A DNA stretch of 56,748 nucleotides, filler included, from Sphacelaria rigidula (Eukaryota): assembly GCA_964200075.2 (NCBI GenBank). It is 6 parts of 6 records of this genome, joined end to end, with 100 filler letters (N's around TTAATTAATTAA, not from the genome) between each part and the next. Parts side by side here need not be neighbours in the genome. Positions count along the whole stretch, not along the records: positions 1 to 9,376 come from CAXNAA020008639.1; positions 9,477 to 18,851 come from CAXNAA020008640.1; 4 more parts are not named here. One strand, 5' to 3'. Positions within the stretch are counted from its first letter, which is position 1. Each line of letters starts with the position of its first letter. Made by a program: the position numbers and the translations under genes. This document shows positions 1-9,771 of the stretch, one piece after another. The notes beneath the pieces are model-generated. The model did no database searches. It was given only the letters and a program-made list of their open reading frames with translations, and was not told the origin of the DNA.

Positions 1-75
1 GTCTTGAATCGTTAGGAGCCCCTGAACCAGACAAAATTTCGCGAAAAAAGTGCACCCCTACCGTAGCATTGCTCA

Positions 76-286
76 GGGAGGTACAACAGGGAGCAGAGCT
101 CTGATCTGAGGGAAGCCAAAGGTACAACAAGGAGCAGAGCTTCAACCTGGGTAAACCCAAAGGTACAATAGGGAGCAGAATTCAACCTGGGAAACTTCAA
201 AGGTACAACAGGGAGCAAAGCTTCAACCTGCGGAAATCCAGAGGTACAACAGGGAGCAGAGCTTCAACCTGGGGGAACCCAAAAGT
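76..286. repeat. Tandem array of about five 40-41-bp units
   Basis: GTACAA starts at 81, 122, 163, 203 and 244. Consensus is approximately AGGTACAACAGGGAGCAGAGCTTCAACCTGGG-variable-CCCAA. Confidence 0.92.
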
Positions 287-528
287 GCTTAAAACTGCAA
301 GATCGGAAATCTGAAAATCGGTGATCCAACGAGATCGAGCGCCAGATGAAGGGGATACTATGGCTCCAGTAGTCGTAGGTAGCGGTCGTGTCAGTAGTCC
401 TTGATCGTCGTCCGATGCAGGTCGCGCTGTTGTGGTGTCGTAGAAGAGGATCCTGGTGGAGAAGGGAGGGCAGACAATGCTTACGGAAAAAAAGGGGTGG
501 GGCAACAGTTGCGACAAAAAGGCGTGGT

Positions 529-2833
529 TCAAAGCGGGGCGTGGACGTCGTGGGTGCGGTCGATATTGTGCTGGAGACCGCGACGAAGTCCTTTGGACTT
601 GAGGCGCTGGAGACACCAGGATCCGCGTGGTACAGATGGGCTGGTGGTGTATAGCGCTGGCCGAAGCTTGAGCTGTATGAGTCCAGGGTCATCGATGAAG
701 CGCACGATGCATGTGTCGACCAAAACCAGATTAGCGGAGTGGGTCTGACCCAACCACCAGAGGTTGTCGCTGCCTTTGAACCAAAGGTAGCTGCCCTTGA
801 GCAGGAGTTGCTGGTTCGCAAAGAACTTCGTCTTACAAGTCTTACAGGGTACAAGTTCGTAACCATCAGCGACAAAGCAGAGTCTCTGATTCCGGTGAAG
901 TTCGCGGGCTGCTGCGCCACGGCGGATGTTGCGATATTTCTTGTTGTGAGCAAGATGCTGATGTTGGAATTGCGTCCAGTAAAAGAGGATTGCACGACGG
1001 TGCAATTGCAGGTCGGATTCGCGTTCCCAAGACGCTCTCCGAAGACCTTGCCAGTGTGTCTTATACATGACAGCGATCTTGCCTCCTCGACTACGGGTTA
1101 TCTGGTGGCCAGAAATAGAGGACACAGCCGGCCGAAGGGGCTGTTCCGTCATGCCGTTGGTTGTAACGTGGTAGGGCGGGGGCTTGGTCGAGTAGCTGTT
1201 GAGAACATACTGTGTGAGTCCGGCAGGCAGGTACTTGGGCATGTCGCTTGTATCATGCGGGTTCGTGCAGGGTTTGCATCTGTGCACGGAGACGCGGGGC
1301 TTGGTGTCTTTGCCCTGGAAGTCGCCAGGCAAGTCGAGATAGAGCAGTGTGTCACCAACGGGTTTTTCATCCGGTAATGATGACGATGGTCCGACTGTCA
1401 GGATCTTGAATGGTCCTGTCCAATTGAGTGATAATTTTCTCTTCAAAACTGTTTCGTTGGCTGCTTTGCTGGTGCCTTGGCGGATGGCCGACAAGCTGTT
1501 GTAGATCGAAACCCAATCACCACATTTCTAGTTAGGGCGTTTGTGCATGAGGTTGTAGAGAGCAGTGTTAGATCTCTCTAGGCGCGAGGCATTGATAGCG
1601 TGTTGTTCGCGCACGAGGTGAACGCTTTGCGTTGTCGCGCGTGCGCTAGCTCGTGGTAGGATAGCTGATCCGGATCCAATCCTTGGTGGCCGTCGAACGT
1701 GTGTCGCTCAAACACGGTGATAGGCGGCCGAGGGTAACGTCCAAGATGGAGTTCGTTCGGAGAAAGGCCTGTGGTGGCGTTAACCGAGTTGTTGTAGGAC
1801 AACATGATGTGCGAGAGATGTACATCCCAGTCATTTTGGCGGTCATTGACAACCATAGACAGCATCTGGGTAATGATGTGATTAACTGTTTCGGTACCAC
1901 CGTTACCGTTCGGGTGGTAGGCGCTCGTGGGAATTTCGCGGATGCCCAGGAGCTTGTAAAGCTCATCAGAGAGGTCTAAAAACAAATGCTGATCATTGTC
2001 TGAAAGTAGTCGCTTTGGGTAGCCGTAGTGCTTAATGTAATCATGCACCAGTATGTCGGCCGTTCCGGCGGCAGTGAAATCTGCGGCGGTTACCGCGTAC
2101 ATTGACGCGTGGCCGCTGAAGCGGTCAGGGAAGAGTAAGATGTAGGTATTGCCACGACCTGCGGTCGGGAGAGGGCCGAAGTAGTCAAAGGATATAAGGT
2201 GGCCGAGCTCGTCGGAGAGTCTAATAGAGATCACGGGCCAGCGTACTGTCTGTCGTGTAGTTTTGCGGGCTTGGCATTTAGAGCATCGCCGAATCCAGAA
2301 GCGAGTTGAAATTTCCATGCCAACCCACCAGTAGAAGTGTTCCAAGAGCGCGAGGGTGCGGGTGACGCCAAGGTGACTGACAAGTCTGTGTGGCAGCCTT
2401 TCTTGACCCAGGGACGCATGAATAATGGCACATATATGCGCGTTGGTTCGTCATTGAGTAGTCGTGCGGTGCGCCCCGTAGTTGAGGCGGCAATTGCGCC
2501 TGTCAAGGGCGTGGGCCGACGTACGAGTAGTTGCACGCCTTTATCCGTAGTAAAAAGGGTGCCTTTACGCACGAGCTCGTATACGTCAGAAATAGCTGGT
2601 GGTGGCAGTGTTCCAACCGGGGCCAGAAGTGTGGACGGAAAAGGGACTGGACAGTCAAGTTGTAAGTACCGGATGGCTGCGCGACATAGCGGTTCTGCGT
2701 TCTGTTCGCGAGCCCAATCGCGGTGGGAGTAGCTGGCGAGAAACTCGCGTAGGACCTTCCGCTGGCGAGCCGACCAAACATGGTAGGGCAGGCGGCGGGG
2801 GAATAGGTGACGGGGCAGAAATGCCGACGTCAA
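529..2833 (-). pseudogene. pol: Ty3 integrase with GPF motif, chromodomain and additional C-terminal domain
   Basis: FYWWVGM..CSKCQ zinc-binding region, ISFDYFGPLP, LLSDN, AYHPNGNGGTE, YNNSVNATTGLSP, LSLNWTGPFKIL, and chromodomain SSISGHQ..YKTHWQG..ASWERESDL (about 976-1128). Confidence 0.92.
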
Positions 2834-3369
2834 TATCTGTCCCGGGAGCAGGAGACGAGGCGTCAGTTCCGTGCTCGGAGGTAGGAGATGTTTTCGGCGC
2901 CGTTATTGGCGGCGGTGTTGTATCAGTGCGCGGCGAAGATTGTTCGCGGCGCGTGGCGCACGGTGCAGAAGGTTTCGCAGAGCTTTGTGTGTTGGATCCT
3001 GGAACTTGTGCTGGGTGGCTCATATAGGTTGAAGGTGTTGTTGGTGGCGGCGGGGCACTCGGTGTGGTGCGGGCGGCAGACCGGGAGCGCGTGTTGTCGG
3101 AGATAAGGTGGATGACTGGAGGTGTCTCCGCGAAGAGTTTCGCGCGAGTATCGAAAGTGCGAAAATGGACAAAATCGGAGGTAGCGGGCTTTAACCCACC
3201 CAAGACGGCGTCATATGGTAGAGGGCGAGGTCCTCCCATATGCATACCGGTTTCCAGGCACTGTAGGTCGAGGGCGTAAACGGGCGTTGAAAAACGTCTG
3301 ATCGCGTAAATTCCGGGTTCATCGGATTCCGTTAAACGGCAAGCCGGGCTGGAATCTGCGGCCGTAAGC

Positions 3370-4750
3370 GGCAGAGGTAGGCGGGAATGAAGATCCGTAT
3401 TCCCGTTGGTTTTGCCTGGACGATGCTCAATGGTATACTGGTATGCTGTTAGAAACTCCAACCATCGTTGTACACGAGGGTTGTGTTCACCAACCTTGGC
3501 GAGATTTTCAAGTGCTCCGTGATCCGTATAGATCTCGAAGGGCACGAGAAACAGATATTGTCGAAGGCGCTTAATGGCCCAAGTGATTACTCCACCTTCC
3601 AGTTCTAGCGGGCTCCAATTGGCCTCGTTGGGCAGGGTAGCGCGGGTGATTCAAAGGATGGGTCGGACAGAGCCATCAACTACGTTGATTCAAAACTCCG
3701 CCAAAACCATTTGTGCTGGCGTCAGTATAGAGTTGGAAAAGGCGGGAGCCATCTTGTACTGCCTCTCAATCAGGAAAGCAAAGTACGGGCTTTTCGGTAA
3801 GCGCCTTGAGCGATTTGCGGGTGATAGTCTCCATTTCTGTGGTGAAAGAAAACACGGCTCCTTTCTTGAGTAGCTCAGTAAGGGGGCGAATCCGTTTCGA
3901 TGAATTCGGCAAAAAGTTGCGGTAGTAGGATAGCCCACCCAACAATGAGCGAAGTTGAGAAAGTTAGTTGGCATCGGCAAATCAGCCATCGCCTTGACTT
4001 TGTTTGTATCCGGATGCAGGCCTGCTGGCGAAATGGAATGCCCCAAGAAATCCAAGTCAGTCGCGCCAAGGCGAGCTTTGGATGGAGACAGTTTCAAATC
4101 GTGCGTGCGTAGGCGAGAGAGAAATTCTCGTAGAGTGCGTATATGTGCAATAGGTGAGGCATCGAAAGCGATAGCGTCATTCAAGTACATGATGATGTGC
4201 TCGAGGCCCTCGGTGACGCGTTGCATTAAGCGTTGAAAGGATCCCGGGGCAGTGACGGCGCCTTGTGGCATTCGAAGCCACTCATAAAGTCCGGACGAGG
4301 TACAAAAAGTAATAATGGGACTGTGTCAGGGTGTATAGCATTCTGAAAAAATCCAGAAGCGAGGTTGAAGGTGCTGATTATTTTCCCTTCGCCCAAAGAG
4401 TCGAAGACTTCATCAATGCGGGGAATTGGAAGTTTACCTACTACAGTGACGCGGTTCAATCGTTGATAATTCACGGATAGCGTATGTTTCCATCCTTTTT
4501 GGGGACGACCACAAGTGGCGAGGCCCAAGGAGAGGAGGAATGTTGTATTAGTCCCGCTCCCAAATACGCATCCAAGATGGCGTTAACGTTCTTGGTAAGG
4601 ATTGGGTTGGTACGGTATGGCCGAGAAGAAATCGGTGAGACACCGGGTTTGAGGGTAACCTCAAAAGGCAGTGTTTTGCAATGCCCAAGATCCGTCTTGG
4701 ATCGGGAAAATCGATCTTGGTACTGTAGCAGGACATCACTGAGTTCTCGG
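3370..4750 (-). pseudogene. pol: Ty3 reverse transcriptase and RNase H, frameshifted
   Basis: SSSPWASPLVVVPKKDG, NYQRLN, LPIPRIDEVFDSL, FNLASGFFQ, MPQGAVTAPGSFQR, YLND (YxDD with D to N), FLGH, then FEIYTDHGAL and RVQRWLEFLTAYQYTIEHRPGK. Confidence 0.93.
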
Positions 4751-5219
4751 ATGACTGCCGGTTCCCATCCGGGCCCATGAAGATAAAAATGGATGTCGCG
4801 CATGTGTGGCGGCAGTTGGTTCCACATGTGGAAGAAACTATTCCGAGAATCTGGTGATGAACGTTGAAGCAATTCAGGAGGAGGATCAGAATTTGACTGG
4901 GCAGGATCCACGGTGTGAACCTGGGGTGGAGTCGCAGAGGCGATATCGAAATAGGGCTCATCGACACATTGGGCTGACTCGGCCGGAGATGAAGTGTTTG
5001 GCGCGGCAGGCTCTGTGACGCACGTCTCGAGTGGGATGTGCATCAGGGGAGCAGCGGCGGTTCCTAAAACATCGCCGGGCTCCAAGTTAGCATGGTCCGT
5101 AAGAGGGAGGAGTTGTTGTCCCGCCGACACAACATGTTCGGTGTCGGCTGGTGCGCCAATACGGGGTAACATTTCGGCAAGATAATGGCCCGTAAGTGCT
5201 GGGATGCCATTTCGGCGAA

Positions 5220-6179
5220 CTAGTGCAACTTCAAGAAGTTGGGGTCGTCTGAGAGTGTAATACCCACACTACCGTTATATCGTAGGTGGAAAGTGGCTCC
5301 GGTTGCTTGAGGATTCTTCTGATAAGCCAGGGCGCCGTGGAGAGTACCGAAGTGCTCGAGGTTGAATTCTCCACGCGGCGTGAAATGTGCCGTTAGTGGT
5401 GGAAGCGTGCGATAGGTTTGTTTATTAAACCGCATATAGCTATCTCTGCCCGATAATATGGCGTGATGCATTGTGCTGTGGGGGACAATGTATGCCCAGA
5501 CTGCCAGGCTGGCAGATCGAGTGGTGTTGTGAAAGAATTGCACACTGAGACGTACGGAGTTTCGTGTTGTCAGAGGTGCGGTAGAATCACCGAAGCCGCC
5601 CCACACTCGAGGTTCGGTGGTGGTTTCGCAAGCTGCAGTAGCAGCGCCAGTCTATTTCATGTGTTCCCATGTTGATTCTCGAATAAATGTTTGCGGGCTG
5701 CCGCTGTCCAACAAGGACACGAATTTCGTAGGCGTGATAGCGTTTGGACCGGCATGGATCGCAACGCGAGTAGTGAAAGTGGCCGGATCTACAGACACTT
5801 TTCCGTCGACAATATCCGGCCCGTGTTCCGGCAAGGTAAACTGGTCAGGATCAGCGGGGGTGACAGCAAAAACGCACGGCGGATGATCTGCCGGTGGGTC
5901 AGATGTCTCACCAGAGAAGGGGGTGGACGGTATATTATTTCCAGGTGTGGGACGGTCATTGGCGATTTCGTCAATTATCGTTTTTGGTTGACAGGGATCA
6001 CCGTCAAAGGGGGATCCAGAATGTGCGGAGCTGGAGCCGTCGATTGAAGAAGTAGTACCGTCAGAATCATGTGGTTTGTTTCTTCCGGGATACTTGATAG
6101 AGCCGTCGAGCTCAAAGTCTTCCCATCTTGGAGAGATTGAGGTCGACGATTTCCGCTCGAAAGAGGTGTACGTAATCAT
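5220..6179 (-). pseudogene. pol: Ty3 aspartic protease region
   Basis: FVSLLDSGSPQTFI active-site motif near 5690-5730. In frame across a TAG with ORF 5220..5606, which carries AILSGRD, resembling the ILGRD protease C-terminal motif. Confidence 0.85.
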
Positions 6180-6973
6180 GCGCGCGCGTCCTTGGGGGCA
6201 TGCTTACGGGGCTTTCTCTTTCGCCGTGAAAAAGGTCGGGGAACTTCCAAAACATTTGGGGATGAAACCACAACTGCGTTCAGTTGCGTGGATGGGGTCA
6301 GCATCGAGGCATGACGGAGCGAAACTTGTGGGCTGCTTTCCGTGGGCAAGCTTGGCTGTTGGGGCATAACCAAAAATATGCTGGGACGAATGTTAGTAAA
6401 ACCGGCCGAAGGTAGGTCCGTGCGTCTTGAAAGTCGCGGGGAAGGAGCCCGATCGAACTGATCGGGAATTACATGATCCGATGTGGTCAGGTTCAAATCA
6501 GCAACACTTGGATCAGCTGAAAAAGGCTTGCTGCTACCTATGCGTGCGGTTGCTGAGGGAAGCCGTTGCCTCAGGGACTGGCGGTTGGTCTTCCTACACC
6601 TTAGACTTATACTCGGTACTAAAGGACCAAGTTCAGTGCTGGGTGTAGATCTGAGTCGCGGGGTGACACAACTGTTACGCGGTGTGTGGAGGGACGAAGA
6701 CGGGGGTCGATTTGAACGGCCGTCAGTTGCACTCCTGCATAGTGCCGGGAGAGCCGGGCGGATAATCTTAGCCGCGGGCTCTACGAGCTGTGTTGAAAGT
6801 TGTGTGGAGATTCGAGACGGGGGTCGATATGAACGGCCGTCAGTTACGCTCCTGGACAGTGCCGGGAGCGTCGAGTGAGAAATTTTAGACACGGACTCCG
6901 CGGGCTGTGTTGAAAAATTCTTCGCTCGTGCTATCGACGGCGGGGAAGACCGGAGAACGCCGGCGTCGGCACG

Positions 6974-9074
6974 TCATGGATCTAGGCGATCCGTAGTGAA
7001 GGCACCAGGGTTTTTGGTGTTGGGATTAGAACTTTGTGTCGGTTCCGTCCGCTGGTGTCTATCAGCGGAACGTTTGTTGTCGCGAGAAGTTTGGCCGTTC
7101 TGGCGAGGGCTTCCGTGATTGTTGTTGTAACGGCGACCGCGATTAGAGCTTTTGTTGTCACGTTGGCGCGAATTGTTGCGGAAATTTCGATCTGGTGGAC
7201 GATAGTCGCGCATGCGTTTTTGTCATCGGCGCCACGCGGGTCCATTGTCCTGCAATTCAGGACTCATGAGATCGAAGGCATTGATGCATGGACTGTCACA
7301 GTCGCGCATGCTGTGGCCTTGAACACTACAGTTGATGCAACTGTTGGCATGACTGCTGAAGGCATTGCGTCAAGCGGAAGACGAAAGGAGTGGATTCCAC
7401 AAATGGGAGTCATCGGGTATGAATGTCGTTGTTGAAGTCAAATGAACATCATCCCAAGGTTCCTCGGAAAACGGCCAACCGTCAAAACTCGCGCTAAATG
7501 CATCTCTGGTACTCTGAACATGCATTACTGAGCCGGCGACTGAGTCGGGGGTCCATGAAGCGCGAGACGAGCTCGAACTCCTGCCGCGAGCCCCTTGGGC
7601 ATAGGCGGAGGACACAACCGTAGGTTGTGAACGCACATACGTTGAAGGTTTGCCACGTATGGCAAGCGTTAGATTACCCTCTTGGTGTACAAAGGCAGAC
7701 CCCATAGTATCAATAGAGGCGTAAGGCACCTCGCGATGCGCCAAGACACCCGGAAACAACGACGGCATCAGAGCCGGATACTGTTGAACAACGCTATTGC
7801 GAACGTAAGTCTGACACATTGCATCGCTCGGTCCGTTCTGACGTCCGACTCCCGTCGTACCCGAAACTAAAGGCTTCAATTCACGGAGATAATCCGCGAA
7901 GGAGACATCAGATGCGACGACGGAAGAACTCAGCCTCTGGATGGCGCTGGCTTGGTCACTTTTGTCAAAGTAGCCAATGAGACGCCTTTCCAAATCAGAG
8001 AGCAATATCGGGCCTGTATTCTCTTGGGAACGATCCAGATCCATCTCCGCGAGGAATCCAACGAGAACCTGCGTTAAATAAGCAGCGGGGTCGGGAGAGC
8101 GGCGGCTGATCGATCGATGCATTGCTTTGTGCAAGGGAATCTGCCAGCCCTCTACCCAGTCGGAATCTTCGAAACGTTGTGTGCCAGTCACAGCCGCCAA
8201 GTGAAGGATGTTACAAACAGTACGGCGGATGGACGTGATAAGGGCAGAAGTAAACTGACATGAATCTTCATTATTCGCGGCGGGCATGGTTTTGATGTGC
8301 CAGAGTTTTTTCACATCCATCTGAATATACTGTCTTGGAATTGCAGCAACTCGGGCAGATTCAGCTCTATCGGAAGCTACTTTTTTGCTAGCTTCAGAAC
8401 GTTCTTTGTCAGCCGCAGCGGTTGCTAAGACACGGGCTGCAGTAGAAGACAAAGGACGGTCAGGTGTGTCCGTATCGGACAAACCTAAAATGCGGGCCGA
8501 AACATCAGCCAATTTGGGAGTCACTTGCCTTTGGGTTAGGGCCGCGGGGGGAAGGTCTGTACCGGACCGGTTCCAGGCCGTTGCGGATGATCCGGACGAG
8601 GTACCTCCGGTGTTCTTGCCTTTCGGTTTGCGAGGCGGGTGGCTTGGTCCGGAACCGCCCGAAGAGGATGCTCTACCGCCATGGCGGCGGTGAGTTCCCG
8701 CCATTGTTGTCATCGTCATCGCGACGGTGATTCTTCTTGTGGCCCCGGCAATCGGGGGTCGTGGTGGTCCACCCATCCTCATCTTCGTTATCGTCGGGGA
8801 GAGTCGCGGCGGGATCAGAATTAGAAGCGGCGCGTAGCGCCGCGAAAAGACCGGTGACAGTGTCAACGTAACGCTGGAGATGCGGACTATCGCCGACAGT
8901 CGCCTGAAGGACCAGTTGGCCCAAGGTGATCGCCGACACGCCTTCGTCCGGGGAGAAGCTGCCCTGTTCCACATAGCCACCAATAACGGCTAACATGCGT
9001 TGAGAAATAGTATTCCGTGCGTGGCGGGGATTGCTGCCGAGATAGCCCCCCCCGAACCGGCAAAAAAAGTGCAC
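6974..9074 (-). pseudogene. gag: Ty3 gag, disrupted
   Basis: ORF 7370..8983 continues in frame past TGA codons into CINCSVQGHSMRDC (CX2CX4HX4C knuckle, about 7298-7339) and the Arg/Asn-rich ORF 6974..7213. The N-terminus is probably ORF 8673..9074 joined by a frameshift. Confidence 0.8.
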
Positions 9075-9376
9075 GGAGGCGATGGTCGTAAATGCCGTTA
9101 GAGCTGGGCTTGTGCTGCACGACGCGACCTATTTGGGCATAATAGCTGAATTCGTACTGCTACACGCTTCTCATGTGAGCGAAGTTGCTGCGAACGAGCC
9201 CAATAGTAACAGCAAATTGTGCGAATTGAGGTTTAACTTCGAGATGAGGTTCAAGTGGGCAACCCGACTTGTGAACGTTTTGTAGAAGAAGTACCGAGGA
9301 CAAGCTCTTATTCGGAAGAAGTTACTTGTGGAGGTGAACCCGTGATGCGCCATTTTCAGTATGTCCAAGAATCGAT

Positions 9377-9476
9377 NNNNNNNNNNNNNNNNNNNNNNNN
9401 NNNNNNNNNNNNNNNNNNNNTTAATTAATTAANNNNNNNNNNNNNNNNNNNNNNNNNNNNNNNNNNNNNNNNNNNN
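9377..9476. other. Artificial contig-joining spacer (N44-TTAATTAATTAA-N44)
   Basis: Exactly 100 bp with a six-frame stop linker. Identical spacers recur at 18852, 28327, 37801 and 47275. Confidence 0.97.
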
Positions 9477-9771
9477 GCGTACAGGCTAACTTGTGCTTTG
9501 CTAGTTGAGATGTATGGTCCAAAACGACTCTGACCCAAAGGGGGCAGGCAGCTGGATTCAATCAAACAATGTAGTATGACCCGTCGGGTACCAAGCATGA
9601 CAAGTATGACAAATGGAACCCAGTCGACTGGAACATGACCAATAAATCTGTAGCAGATACTCGGGGATTATTCGGGGCATTCGGCGACGTTCCGGTGGGG
9701 AGTCATACGTGGCTACGTCGACTGCTTTCGGCTCGGTGGGGCACAATGGGGACGGCATCAACAGCACATCC

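Larger units (their letters stand above)
529..9074 (-). mobile_element. Decayed Ty3/gypsy LTR retrotransposon, internal region (gag-PR-RT-RH-IN-chromodomain)
   Basis: Motifs in Ty3 order on the minus strand: zinc knuckle, LLDSGS protease, PWASPLVVVPKKDG / LPIPRID / MPQG / YLND RT, YTDH..RVQRW RNase H, integrase with GPF motif, chromodomain. Many stops and frameshifts. No LTRs confidently seen. Confidence 0.95.

Noticed and set aside
1..63. Possible PPT (GGTAGGGG) and TG start of the gypsy 3' LTR, with a similar TGCACTTTTTT at about 9073
   Set aside because: Similarity between the two sites is short and gapped, and 9041-9074 also resembles the GACAC MITE end. LTRs cannot be called.
76..286. 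CRISPR-like array
   Set aside because: The variable parts are only about 12 nt and related to each other, there are no cas genes, and the context is a eukaryotic retrotransposon.
1500..7400. Directed G-to-A or CpG hypermutation of the gypsy copy (YLND, FNLAS, TGA stops)
   Set aside because: Only a handful of sites judged against a remembered consensus, in mixed contexts. It needs a family alignment to count.
264..9000. Many antisense and alternate-frame ORFs over the gypsy element (e.g. 739..1377 +, 264..995 -)
   Set aside because: Shadow ORFs of GC-rich coding sequence with no motifs.
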